From: a virus
Taxonomy: Duplodnaviria; Caudoviricetes
IMG/VR virus record: IMGVR_UViG_3300042997_000909
Span: 1 to 64,000 of that record
Strand: one strand, 5' to 3'
Length of the DNA: 64,000 bases
Shown here: in pieces, positions 41,226-50,350 of the stretch
Position numbering within the stretch: the first letter of the stretch is position 1
Layout of the letters: every line of letters begins with the position of its first letter
Program-made: the position numbers and the translations under genes
Notes under the pieces: generated by a model
Seen by the model: only the letters and a program-made list of their open reading frames with translations
The model's database searches: none
What the model was told of the DNA's origin: nothing

Positions 41226-41969
41226 CTACCATAAAATTTTGGTAGAACCTAGGCCATCAAGTTCAGAATTTATCTTGTTGAATATATCATTGCAGTCCCA
41301 CATTTTCTCACGTGCATATGCAGCTGAGGCAGGGTGACTTGCTCTTAAGATAATTTGAGAATCATCTAAAAGATCCTCTAATTCTTGTGCTTTCTTGCCT
41401 AAAAATGCCCAGACAATGGGTTTTTCTGCGTTTATAGACCTTGAATTTAACATGTCTATAAGATACTTCACAAATGGATCCCATATTGCAAAGTGCTTTC
41501 CAATTTTACCTACCTCTGTGGTAAGCGATGTGTTTAGCATAAGAACACCCTGACGACTCCACTCAACTAAGTCTACATTTAAGTCTTTTGTGTTGTCATT
41601 GTCATAAACTGTCTTTGCTATTGCGCGATGAATATAACGTAATGATGCTTCAGGTTTGCCTGTGTTACCACAACTAAATGCGATACCATCTGCAACACCT
41701 AACTGAGGGTAAGGATCTTGACCAACCACAATTACCTTGAGTTTATCAAGAGGACATTCAGAAAAAGCTCTGAATATCATTCTGAGTGGTGGCGTAAACC
41801 TTATGTCCTCATTTACAAGACCTTCAAGAGTCTTTATTATTGTCACAAAATCTTCAGATACTAAAAATCCTTTTAGCAAGTCATGCCATCCTGAGTCACT
41901 TGACTTTAGCATTTTGTACATCTTATCTGCAACATCTGCAGCGTCAAGTTTGATTGTTTGTTTTTCCAT
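41226..41969 (-). CDS. ung: Uracil-DNA glycosylase, family 1
   Basis: VVGQDPY, GIAFS, SLR, QGVLMLNTSLT, SHP; start taken at MEKQT. Confidence 0.92.
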   Translation of the reverse strand: MEKQTIKLDAADVADKMYKMLKSSDSGWHDLLKGFLVSEDFVTIIKTLEGLVNEDIRFTPPLRMIFRAFSECPLDKLKVIVVGQDPYPQLGVADGIAFSCGNTGKPEASLRYIHRAIAKTVYDNDNTKDLNVDLVEWSRQGVLMLNTSLTTEVGKIGKHFAIWDPFVKYLIDMLNSRSINAEKPIVWAFLGKKAQELEDLLDDSQIILRASHPASAAYAREKMWDCNDIFNKINSELDGLGSTKILW

Positions 41970-41978
41970 AACTTTTAG

Positions 41979-41986
41979 TAACTTTG
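41979..41986 (+). promoter_or_regulatory. -7 box TAACTTTG for the lone + strand gene
   Basis: Exact TAnnTTTG 17 nt before the ATG at 42004. Confidence 0.55.
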
Positions 41987-42003
41987 AATAAAATAATAAT
42001 ATT

Positions 42004-42372
42004 ATGTCAGAAGAAGTAGTAAACTCGTTGTTACCATCTGGTGCAGATGACCAAGTGGTAGAAGTAATTAAAGAAGATGCTATTGTAAGTATCAAAATGA
42101 GTACAGGTTACTATAAAAGAATTCAAAACGTTATTGCGTTTCTTTTAGAAGGTAAACCAGTTTCTCAAATACAAGCATCTCACCAAGCTATTGCTGCGCG
42201 CAATATAACAGAACCTTGGATTGTTCAATATGAAACCTTGTTGATTCTCTGTAGAGAATTTGAAAAGGCAGCTAAAGAAGGTGACTTTCTTGAAAAGATG
42301 ACTATTGCTGAACTTCGCGATGCTATGGAAAAAGCAGAAGCAAGAGCAGAAGCTGAGTCAAAAGATCAATAA
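42004..42372 (+). CDS. Hypothetical protein (only + strand gene in the replication block)
   Basis: 122 aa filling the gap between ung and the next gene, with its own -7 box. Confidence 0.75.
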   Translation: MSEEVVNSLLPSGADDQVVEVIKEDAIVSIKMSTGYYKRIQNVIAFLLEGKPVSQIQASHQAIAARNITEPWIVQYETLLILCREFEKAAKEGDFLEKMTIAELRDAMEKAEARAEAESKDQ

Positions 42373-42755
42373 AGATAAATACCAAGGTCATGTCCTAGTG
42401 CAATACAAACTTCTATTGCTTTTGACATTTCTTGTTTAGAACAATCTGCAAAACTTTTAAAAGTCGCTGAAGAAGAGCTGGTCGCTGGAATATAGAGACC
42501 AGCTTTTTCTTTTACTATCAGTTTTATTTCCTCAATGGAATGACCTGTTGAGTTTGCAATCTCACGTATAAGAGCGTGAGCCTTAGCAAGTTGCCCTGCT
42601 GTTTTTTCGTCATTTTCAAGAACAGTAATGTATGCTTCTAATTCTTGTCCTTTTTTGACACCCATGTTGAATAGTTTGAGTTTACCTGCATCTTCTGGAG
42701 ACGCAGGCAATATCTCAGTGCCACTAATAATTACTTTGATTGTTGTATTATGCAT
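42366..42755 (-). CDS. Hypothetical protein, NinB-like
   Basis: QLAKAHALIREIANSTGHS...KSFADCSKQEMSKAIE pattern. Confidence 0.55.
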   Translation of the reverse strand: MHNTTIKVIISGTEILPASPEDAGKLKLFNMGVKKGQELEAYITVLENDEKTAGQLAKAHALIREIANSTGHSIEEIKLIVKEKAGLYIPATSSSSATFKSFADCSKQEMSKAIEVCIALGHDLGIYLY

Positions 42756-43851
42756 ATGGTTCTGTATAAACAATTTTCTCAGAGTCTATGTCTTTCAATG
42801 CTTCAGAAACCCAGTCCATATCTACAGTATTCTTGTAAGCAAGAATATGAATTGTAGCTTTGTCTTCAGGATTTAGTCTTAGCAAACGACCTATGCGCTG
42901 ATTACTCTGGCGTTCATTACTATATGAGTGCAGGATTATACCAGCTTTTAAGTTTGGTATATTCACACCCTCATTGAGCTGCTGAACACATGACAATTTA
43001 GTTATTTTGCCATCTTTGAAATCAATCAGATTTTCAGGACTATCTGAATTCTTACTATGATAACTATGCTCACAAATCCAATCTGCTTGCTCAGTTGTAT
43101 TACAAAATACAATGCACTTGTCATGCATCATTTCCAACAACTGTTTTGCATATCGTTCCTTTGTAGGGAATGTCATCATTGCTTTCATCCTCATAATACG
43201 TTTTATCTGAGTTTCTTTTGGTGACATAATCTTTCTTAGCTGATCAGTCCAATATGCATATGCTTTTTGCTCACTGTTTAGGAAGAAAGTACCATCTTTC
43301 TTTTTAACTTTCATAGTACGTTCAGCACTAAGTGGCAGCATGTGCACCATTATTTTGTAATCATTAAGAATTGCGTCATCAACAGCATCATCTGTTATGT
43401 ACGTGTACTCTATTGGACAGTATAAACCAACCATTTTACCCTTCTCAGAAACCTTGTATCTTGGAGGCGTACCTGTAAGACCTAAGATTTTACCTGGAAA
43501 TGTGGCAAGCCAGTGATCATGTGTGTATTTCAAACTATGACACTCATCAAGTATAACAACATCATATAAGCTGCTATCTACTTTTTTTAATGATAAGTAT
43601 GTTGAAAATTCTAAATGTGGTAGTAAATGTGACATTGAATGCTTGATACACTCACTTTGCCAGCTATCCCACACACTTAATTTAGGACCAACTATCAAAT
43701 AACGTTTGAACATACAAGTTGGATGCAGTGATTCAAGGTACTTCAACCCAATAAGTGTCTTACCAACACCCATTGATATGCCTAGACCTGCTTTACGCTT
43801 CCCCTGTATCGCCTTTAAAGCTTCTTCTTGGATTATTTCGCGGTTTTTCAT
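42748..43851 (-). CDS. Superfamily 2 (DExH) helicase
   Basis: MGVGKT, DECH, LTGT, EGVNIP, QRIGRLLR. Confidence 0.9.
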   Translation of the reverse strand: MKNREIIQEEALKAIQGKRKAGLGISMGVGKTLIGLKYLESLHPTCMFKRYLIVGPKLSVWDSWQSECIKHSMSHLLPHLEFSTYLSLKKVDSSLYDVVILDECHSLKYTHDHWLATFPGKILGLTGTPPRYKVSEKGKMVGLYCPIEYTYITDDAVDDAILNDYKIMVHMLPLSAERTMKVKKKDGTFFLNSEQKAYAYWTDQLRKIMSPKETQIKRIMRMKAMMTFPTKERYAKQLLEMMHDKCIVFCNTTEQADWICEHSYHSKNSDSPENLIDFKDGKITKLSCVQQLNEGVNIPNLKAGIILHSYSNERQSNQRIGRLLRLNPEDKATIHILAYKNTVDMDWVSEALKDIDSEKIVYTEPYA

Positions 43852-44092
43852 ACTTGTTATCTCTTTTTGGAGCAACCTTATACATTTGCGTATTGTTATC
43901 TCTTGTGTTTCTTACTCCTTTTTCTTCAAGAACTTTTGTCTTGTCAATCCACTGAATGTTTAAGAGAATCTTGTTAAAGAATCTTACTATTGCATTTGGT
44001 TTCTTTGTTGACCATAACAGTAATCCTCTTTCATCTACTGCATCTTGTTTTGTTGTGGCTCCTATTATAAAATAGCCAATAAACTTTTTCAT
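43793..44092 (-). CDS. Hypothetical protein
   Basis: 99 aa, overlapping the helicase 5' end. Confidence 0.55.
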   Translation of the reverse strand: MKKFIGYFIIGATTKQDAVDERGLLLWSTKKPNAIVRFFNKILLNIQWIDKTKVLEEKGVRNTRDNNTQMYKVAPKRDNKYEKPRNNPRRSFKGDTGEA

Positions 44093-44093
44093 T

Positions 44094-44510
44094 TTAAGTT
44101 AATTTAGATTGTGACAAATTCATTTCTCTTGCTTCTTTTGGATGAGTTTCCACCCATTCATGGCAAGATAAACATAAAGGTATCCAGGTTTTCTTATCAA
44201 GATAATATAACCCTCTACCTTTAGTATGGTGCACTGTCAGATTCTCCTTGAATTGACCCATGCACCCAGGCAACTTTGCTCTACATGTAGAGTTTGAAGG
44301 TTCACTTAAGAACTCTTTACGCATCTTGCTGTATAAAACATCAAGCACGTCTTTTTTATCAGATTTTGGTTTGATTGGGCGTGAGTTTGATGGTAATTTC
44401 ACGACTTCTTGAGAGTACCAGCAATCTTTGCAGTACTTTTTACCCTGGCTGTTCTTCCAGATTACTTTGTCTAGCTCGCAGCTAGAACATTTTTTAAGTT
44501 TTACTTGCAT
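44094..44510 (-). CDS. HNH-type nuclease with zinc ribbons
   Basis: CSSC...CKDC; C...C...VHHTKGR...LCLSCH. Confidence 0.72.
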   Translation of the reverse strand: MQVKLKKCSSCELDKVIWKNSQGKKYCKDCWYSQEVVKLPSNSRPIKPKSDKKDVLDVLYSKMRKEFLSEPSNSTCRAKLPGCMGQFKENLTVHHTKGRGLYYLDKKTWIPLCLSCHEWVETHPKEAREMNLSQSKLT

Positions 44511-44528
44511 ACAATTTATCTAGCAAGC

Positions 44529-44819
44529 TTAGATTTCAATGTTATCAATGTCAATGAAATCACTGTCAGTTAGTTTATCTATGCTATCAATGTCTGTCAA
44601 ATCAGGTTCATGTTCTGTGATATAGTAATCATCTTCTACATCATTTTTTGTTGATGGACCATAATACAAGACACTTATAGCAAAAGGATCATTTACTTCT
44701 TCTCCCCAATTAGCAGCCTCAAGTTCTTTTAGCATTCTGTCCCATTCTATATCAGACATTCCAGCATATTGCTCTACTTTCAGTTCAATACATTTACCAT
44801 TTGGAAGTTGGTATAACAT
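44529..44819 (-). CDS. Acidic hypothetical protein
   Basis: MLYQLPNGK...; 96 aa; TAnnTTTG boxes upstream at 44826-44833 and 44873-44880. Confidence 0.7.
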   Translation of the reverse strand: MLYQLPNGKCIELKVEQYAGMSDIEWDRMLKELEAANWGEEVNDPFAISVLYYGPSTKNDVEDDYYITEHEPDLTDIDSIDKLTDSDFIDIDNIEI

Positions 44820-44912
44820 ATTTCACAAAATTAAGATACTAAGGTATGAATTTAACTGACTAAAGCTTCTCACAAAGTTAATAAAAATAAAATATTTTGT
44901 ACTATATAGCTA

Positions 44913-45284
44913 TCAAAATTCTGCTGTTTTATAAAAATTTTGTATAAAGTCTTCAATACTCATTTTTACATTATCAACACCAGAACCATAGCTGCTAATC
45001 TCTATAGTCTGTTTGACTGTGTCAATTGTGATCAAAAGATTTATGTCCACGTATAGTTGTGTACCAATGCCAAATCCATTCTCATCATTGGCTTCATTAC
45101 TTGGAACCATAGTGCAGAAAATCATTCTTGATAAATAGTCAGGATCATCCCATCTAACTTTTCTAGAAAGAACTTCATGTACAAGACTTACTAGTTGTTT
45201 TGCATACTCATGAGTGTATAAATAAACTCTTCCAAATGGCCCAACTATCTCTACTTGGCCACTATTCATGTTGATTTGTTCCAT
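44913..45284 (-). CDS. Hypothetical phage protein
   Basis: 123 aa; VYLYTH...RWDDPDYLSRMIF...GFGI. Confidence 0.72.
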   Translation of the reverse strand: MEQINMNSGQVEIVGPFGRVYLYTHEYAKQLVSLVHEVLSRKVRWDDPDYLSRMIFCTMVPSNEANDENGFGIGTQLYVDINLLITIDTVKQTIEISSYGSGVDNVKMSIEDFIQNFYKTAEF

Positions 45285-45287
45285 GGT

Positions 45288-45440
45288 TTACTTTTTAATG
45301 ATTAAAATACAGCATTCTAGCCAAGTAAACTGTAAGGTTAGCTTATACTTGTAGGAATATACCATAGGCATCTTTTCAAGGTAGATACCTAAACCAAATT
45401 TCTTAGCGTAGAATAATATTTTAACAAAGATATTTTTCAT
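45288..45440 (-). CDS. 50-aa hypothetical protein (not in ORF track)
   Basis: MKNIFVKILFYAKKFGLGIYLEK...; ATGA overlap with the dut stop; fills the gap. Confidence 0.5.
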   Translation of the reverse strand: MKNIFVKILFYAKKFGLGIYLEKMPMVYSYKYKLTLQFTWLECCILIIKK

Positions 45441-45868
45441 TTTCCTGTGCTGCCAAAGCCACCTTCACCTCTTTCAGATGATGATAACTCAGCTACTTCT
45501 GTAATTTCTACAAATGGTAATTTCATTATGACAAGTTGTGCCACTCTATCTCCTACATCATAAACATCACCTTCTTCAAGGTATCTAAATTTAAGCATGA
45601 GAGAGCCTCTATAACCTGAATCAATTACACCAACAGAATTCGCCAAATTCAAAGTTGTTTTACTTACTGAACTTCTAGGAAATAAAAGACCAACATAACC
45701 TTCAGGAATCTCTAAAGACAATCCTGTGTCATATGTTACCATTGTGTTGTCTTTATTCCACTCTTCACTGATTGCTACTAGGTCCATACCTGCATCACCA
45801 GCCTTGGCGTAGCAAGGTATTACTGCTTCTGGATGCAGCTTTTTTATTTTTAATTCTACTTTACTCAT
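45437..45868 (-). CDS. dut: Trimeric dUTPase
   Basis: AGMDL, PRSS, GVIDSGYRG, RVAQLV, RGEGGFGSTG. Confidence 0.96.
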   Translation of the reverse strand: MSKVELKIKKLHPEAVIPCYAKAGDAGMDLVAISEEWNKDNTMVTYDTGLSLEIPEGYVGLLFPRSSVSKTTLNLANSVGVIDSGYRGSLMLKFRYLEEGDVYDVGDRVAQLVIMKLPFVEITEVAELSSSERGEGGFGSTGK

Positions 45869-45872
45869 ATAA

Positions 45873-45880
45873 CAAAGTTA
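45873..45880 (-). promoter_or_regulatory. -7 box TAACTTTG upstream of dut
   Basis: Exact TAnnTTTG 4 nt before the ATG. Confidence 0.55.
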
Positions 45881-45929
45881 AAAAAAGTTACTTAAACTAT
45901 CTAATCTTCAATATTTCACTTATATTTGC

Positions 45930-46011
45930 ACAGACAGCTTTGATTCTGTTTGTTCATAATGTGAATTATTTTGATGGTTAAAGAAAGGGGGACGCAAATC
46001 CCCCTTTTTTT
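45930..46011 (+). ncRNA. Candidate ~80-nt small RNA
   Basis: TATATTTG box at 45921-45928, a 5' hairpin, a U-rich linker, then a terminator with a T7 tail; no credible ORF. Confidence 0.4.
45984..46011. terminator. Probably bidirectional intrinsic terminator
   Basis: AAAGGGGGA-CGCAAA-TCCCCCTTT, T tract on +; adjoins a minus-strand stop at 46013. Confidence 0.8.
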
Positions 46012-46012
46012 G

Positions 46013-46282
46013 TTAGTCAAACACGTAAGATACAGTGTTTTGAAATGGATCAAACTCCATTTGATTTGTCTTGCTATAAGTTCCTGGTTCTAAGACCATT
46101 TTACCATGCTCATCATGTGTGATAGTAGCACTGTTTTTGACAATCAGGTTTATTGATTGTTCTGTTTTGGTTTTGTATCCAAATGGTTTATCTGAATGCA
46201 TAATGTGCTTTTCAGGTGCACCACCTGGCGTCAATTGCAACTTTGTTGTTGACTCCCATCCATCTGTGTGATTATCAATCAT
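46013..46282 (-). CDS. Small His-motif (cupin-like) protein
   Basis: KH...ATITHDEHGKMVLEPGTY...QMEFDPF. Confidence 0.6.
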   Translation of the reverse strand: MIDNHTDGWESTTKLQLTPGGAPEKHIMHSDKPFGYKTKTEQSINLIVKNSATITHDEHGKMVLEPGTYSKTNQMEFDPFQNTVSYVFD

Positions 46283-46986
46283 GATTCTGCTTTTAAAAGT
46301 TTAATATAATCCTTTGCCTCTAAGTGATAAGGCCTGCATTCTCTACTTGATGCAGAATGCTTTGTTAAAATAACATCACCTTGTCTGTAAATATACTCAG
46401 GTTCTGTGATATTTAACTGCACAGTCCAAGCAATTGCTTCAAGTGCATCACCTTTTTGTCCAATGTTTCTAGGTACATAAATCCAATACTCACGACCTGT
46501 TGTGCTACACCAGCATCTTACTGCATATACAGTGGCATTTGCAGCACGCCATTCTTGCTTTTCTTCTGGAAAAAGTTTCTTACCTTCAATTTCATACAAC
46601 TCATACTCATCACGCATTGTTGTAGATATTTCAGTACCATTCTCTAACCATGTGATGCCTTCTTTTTCAAGAACTTTTTTGTCAACTAATTTTGGTTTTA
46701 ACTCTTTAAACATTTCAGCAACACCAATTGCTTTGAAATATAAACGTCTTACCTCAATATTCTTTTCTGCAAATGCTTCATTTACATTTGCAAATGGAAT
46801 GCTTTCCCATTCTGTTTCCATTTTATCAGCAAATGCCTGAATTTCAGGATGTGCGTTACCACCAATAATGGCGTTATAAAAGTCATTATACTCCTTATAG
46901 AGTGTTTTCCAATACTTTTTCGCTGTGTCTTCTTCTACTTTCATGTTTTCCACATAGTAGAAGCTTTTTGTTTCTGTTGTAATCAT
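46279..46986 (-). CDS. DUF6745-like protein
   Basis: NIEVRR, VRCWCSTTGREYWIYVP, ALEAIAWT, YRQGDV; family recalled, not searched. Confidence 0.55.
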   Translation of the reverse strand: MITTETKSFYYVENMKVEEDTAKKYWKTLYKEYNDFYNAIIGGNAHPEIQAFADKMETEWESIPFANVNEAFAEKNIEVRRLYFKAIGVAEMFKELKPKLVDKKVLEKEGITWLENGTEISTTMRDEYELYEIEGKKLFPEEKQEWRAANATVYAVRCWCSTTGREYWIYVPRNIGQKGDALEAIAWTVQLNITEPEYIYRQGDVILTKHSASSRECRPYHLEAKDYIKLLKAES

Positions 46987-47681
46987 AACTCACTATCATT
47001 TAACATTTCTGCATACTCATTTAAGTCTAACAAGATACCACGAGGATCTTCGTTATAACCTTGATACTCAAGTCTAGCAATCTTGAACACATAGTTCTCA
47101 GGATCTTCTGCTGATGCTTCATTAAAATCATCAATAGTAGACCATTCTTCTGTCTGCCAACCTGAATACTCACAAGATGTTTTATTTTCAAGAATTTCTC
47201 TTGCTTTAGCTCTAATAATCTCTTCTTGACTCTCACAAAGAGCAATAAGTTCTTGATTTAGTATTCCATTTCTAACTCTAGGAACAATGTTAACATCTCC
47301 ACCATCAATCACATTTTCAAGTTCAATACTTAAACTTTCAAAGAAATACTTCTTAGGTATTCTTACTTCAATGATATCAGCATCTTTTAACTCCAACTCT
47401 TCTGTTGTGTCTTCACAATAGACATCTTCGCCTTCAAACATTTTTGTCACAGGATCATATACAGCTCTACCATTAGCATTGAACTCACCAGCCCAAGAAC
47501 CATAATCAAGAATATCACACATTTTGTCAACTAACCAGTCTGATTCTTGAGAACTTGTGTTATCTCCATCCACTTCTATATATACCCAGCCAGAGTCTCC
47601 TCCACCTTCCCAGCATATTGCTACTTCTTTGCCATCTTGTGATTGTTCATCACACCATTTAATTACATCTTCTATTTTCAT
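46983..47681 (-). CDS. Acidic protein with a GGGDSG motif (DUF6878-like N-terminus)
   Basis: WEGGGDSGWV; ATGA overlaps on both sides; family recalled, not searched. Confidence 0.5.
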   Translation of the reverse strand: MKIEDVIKWCDEQSQDGKEVAICWEGGGDSGWVYIEVDGDNTSSQESDWLVDKMCDILDYGSWAGEFNANGRAVYDPVTKMFEGEDVYCEDTTEELELKDADIIEVRIPKKYFFESLSIELENVIDGGDVNIVPRVRNGILNQELIALCESQEEIIRAKAREILENKTSCEYSGWQTEEWSTIDDFNEASAEDPENYVFKIARLEYQGYNEDPRGILLDLNEYAEMLNDSEL

Positions 47682-48076
47682 GGTAATTCTGTTTTTGATT
47701 GTTCAACGTAATCTGATTTATCTTTTGCGATTTCTCTGAGAACTTTTCTCCCTTCGCCAGGCTTGTACATCCATCCTACGATGTTCATGTTGTCAAGGTA
47801 ATCTTTGATTGTAGGAATCCATCCAATGTCTTCTATACAATGTTGTTCGCCAAGTGCTCTAACAGGTACTTTCTTACCAGCAGAGTTTACTATGTATACG
47901 CCAAACTCTTTCTCACACCAGAAGATGCCTTCTGCATGATGGCGCAATGCTCTATGACGCATATCTGGATAATGCATCTTTGTTTCGTCAAACCAATTAT
48001 GAATTGGTAAATAATCTTCTGCCTCACCTCCCCATTTTTTTGCAGAGGAAATGCTGTGATGTAAAGGATGTGACAT
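47678..48076 (-). CDS. DUF6915-like His-rich protein
   Basis: MSHPLHHSISSAKKWGG...DYLPIHNWFDETK...RHRALRHH...EQH..ED. Confidence 0.65.
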   Translation of the reverse strand: MSHPLHHSISSAKKWGGEAEDYLPIHNWFDETKMHYPDMRHRALRHHAEGIFWCEKEFGVYIVNSAGKKVPVRALGEQHCIEDIGWIPTIKDYLDNMNIVGWMYKPGEGRKVLREIAKDKSDYVEQSKTELP

Positions 48077-48077
48077 A

Positions 48078-48248
48078 CTATACAATTTTAATATTGACTT
48101 CTGAGACAACAATCCATGTGCAATCATTATTGATTACATATATGCCATCTTCAGTAGTGTAATCTTCTGGACACTCCCATACATTCTCATCATAAGGGTA
48201 AACAGTAACTGTTTCACACGAATGGTCTATCACTATCAGCTTCTTCAT
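48078..48248 (-). CDS. Hypothetical protein
   Basis: 56 aa from MKKLIVI. Confidence 0.55.
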   Translation of the reverse strand: MKKLIVIDHSCETVTVYPYDENVWECPEDYTTEDGIYVINNDCTWIVVSEVNIKIV

Positions 48249-48531
48249 CTGTGACTTCTTTTTTTGATGGATCAAGTAATGATTTTTGCTTGTTGTTCTT
48301 GCGCTCTATCTCATCAATTTTCATTTCAATGACAGGACGCGAGTAAGGTTTGACAACTCCATTGTCATTGTAATACCTGATTCTTTCTATCTTATGTAAA
48401 AGACCTTGCTCCACAGGCATATAGTCTGAAAAAAAGTAATCTATGTTTCTTACTTTTTTCCAGTCCATATGTGTCCAGTCTGTTGTTAATACACTTAACT
48501 GATTTCTGAGATACTTTTCATTATTTGTCAT
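48214..48531 (-). CDS. Hypothetical protein
   Basis: 105-aa ORF with operon packing. Confidence 0.6.
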   Translation of the reverse strand: MTNNEKYLRNQLSVLTTDWTHMDWKKVRNIDYFFSDYMPVEQGLLHKIERIRYYNDNGVVKPYSRPVIEMKIDEIERKNNKQKSLLDPSKKEVTDEEADSDRPFV

Positions 48532-48835
48532 CAGATGTAGTTTCTGGAAAAGGAACTTCTTCTAAGTCTTTAGGACTTTTGATTTCCAATTTCAGTTCTT
48601 TGATACCAAATTCTACAGCCATGTAAGCAAGTTTTGCAACTGCTGCCCACATTCCAAAATCTGCTGGCATACGAGATGTGAAATAAAAAGCATCCATGTT
48701 GTCACCAGGTTTTACTTCAAACTTCTTTTGTGACTCATCCACAATTAACTTTACTTTAGCTGTTTCTACTTTACCATCTTTGTTTACATACTCTTCTGAA
48801 AGAATATAATTTCTGCTTGATACTGTAATGTCCAT
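48521..48835 (-). CDS. Hypothetical protein
   Basis: 104-aa ORF. Confidence 0.65.
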   Translation of the reverse strand: MDITVSSRNYILSEEYVNKDGKVETAKVKLIVDESQKKFEVKPGDNMDAFYFTSRMPADFGMWAAVAKLAYMAVEFGIKELKLEIKSPKDLEEVPFPETTSDDK

Positions 48836-48841
48836 GATGTT

Positions 48842-49396
48842 TTAATTTTGATTTTTGTTAATACTCTCTACAATCTCTCTGTAGAATTTGTCATAATTTT
48901 CTTTCAACAGATTGGAGAATGTTCCTTCTGTATTTGATTTGTCAATAGAGTCACTGCTTGTTTTGTCATCATACTCTAAAGAAATATCACCAGTTGTGTG
49001 GCGAATAATGTCATAGATGTGCATTCCTGCGCTTTTGTAGGTTTCAACTTGGACCATAACAACTTCTTCTCTATCAGGTTGCTCTGAAGGTCTTATGTTA
49101 CGGTCAATTTCTGAACCAACTGGTCTTTTTACAATCCACGCTTCTGTTAAAAGAGCTACTGCTACAGGTTTAATTGTAGTTATGGCAGCTTTGACAGCAG
49201 CAATGAAGTAATGTTTATCTTGTGCGTGCATTGGTCCTAAATCTGGGGCAAGTACATGTATAAACTCATTTTTGTCATTTTGTGCAAGAAATATGACTAC
49301 CATTGGTAATTCTTCATTTTCCTGCATGTACCTTGTTGCAAAAGTTTTACATTCCTTTTGGAATTTGGCAATTGCTTTGTCTAGTTCTATATTCAT
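48842..49396 (-). CDS. Hypothetical protein
   Basis: 184 aa; EAW...PSEQPDREEV. Confidence 0.72.
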   Translation of the reverse strand: MNIELDKAIAKFQKECKTFATRYMQENEELPMVVIFLAQNDKNEFIHVLAPDLGPMHAQDKHYFIAAVKAAITTIKPVAVALLTEAWIVKRPVGSEIDRNIRPSEQPDREEVVMVQVETYKSAGMHIYDIIRHTTGDISLEYDDKTSSDSIDKSNTEGTFSNLLKENYDKFYREIVESINKNQN

Positions 49397-49644
49397 TACA
49401 TTAAATCAAAGAAGTTTTCACGTATTTCATCTTCAGCTACGTCTTTTGCTGGTGGTTCATCGTCAGTCCATGTGATGTTTGATATCTCAACTGTTTGTGT
49501 TTCAAGTTCTGATTCCACTTCAACAATAAAATCAAAATCTCTAATCATTGCCTCATCATCTGTGTCTGATACATCAGTTGTGTACTTTCCATAATAAGAT
49601 TCTACTCTTAGAAATGGTTTTCTAGTAATTTTCAATTTCGCCAT
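49396..49644 (-). CDS. Acidic hypothetical protein
   Basis: 82 aa; TAATG coupling. Confidence 0.65.
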   Translation of the reverse strand: MAKLKITRKPFLRVESYYGKYTTDVSDTDDEAMIRDFDFIVEVESELETQTVEISNITWTDDEPPAKDVAEDEIRENFFDLM

Positions 49645-50092
49645 TGTCTTTTACTCTAAATTTGTTTTCAAATCTATACTGCAACTCACGTGCAAGTAGT
49701 TTTAAATGCCATGCTACACCACCATATTCAAGTGTGTTTGCGATATGTCCATCACTCATTTTTGAAATAGGAACATACTGCAATGGATCTTTACCTAAAA
49801 GACCTCTTGTGCCTCTTGTTGCATAATTTCTCACAACTTCAAAATCATCATCAGCATATACAACAGTTTCACTTACAAGTCTTTCATTTAATGCAGTATA
49901 CGCTGGAAATGATAATCCACCAAATACAACAAGTTTGTTAGAGCATTTGCATTTCTCTGTCCAGTCTTTTGTATATGTGATGCAAGATGTTAGACAGCTA
50001 CCACATGTAGCTCTTACAAAAACAGGTTGACGTGAATGTTCAATGTCAAACTGTTTTGCAATTAAAAATTTGTAAGCATCTTTTTCTGTCAT
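49622..50092 (-). CDS. Zinc-ribbon-containing hypothetical protein
   Basis: CGSC...CKC...GG; 156 aa. Confidence 0.65.
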   Translation of the reverse strand: MTEKDAYKFLIAKQFDIEHSRQPVFVRATCGSCLTSCITYTKDWTEKCKCSNKLVVFGGLSFPAYTALNERLVSETVVYADDDFEVVRNYATRGTRGLLGKDPLQYVPISKMSDGHIANTLEYGGVAWHLKLLARELQYRFENKFRVKDNGEIENY

Positions 50093-50097
50093 ACTTT

Positions 50098-50349
50098 TTA
50101 CTTAAAAAAGTTCTCAAAAATCTCATGAGCAGTACGTTCTGCCCACGCAATTATGTTGTCTTCATCTGAATCCCAACATCCATTAAACAAAACGCCAGCA
50201 GTATGCATAGATTGAGCCATGACGTATCCCATTATCTTATAATCAGGACCATCACACTTTGTAAAATCTAATACAACTACTGGTTTGTCTTTTGTATGGG
50301 TTGATTCAGGGTTACTAACAACTACAAAGTCATTAAATACCCATTCCAT
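50098..50349 (-). CDS. Hypothetical protein
   Basis: 83-aa ORF. Confidence 0.6.
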   Translation of the reverse strand: MEWVFNDFVVVSNPESTHTKDKPVVVLDFTKCDGPDYKIMGYVMAQSMHTAGVLFNGCWDSDEDNIIAWAERTAHEIFENFFK

Positions 50350-50350
50350 A

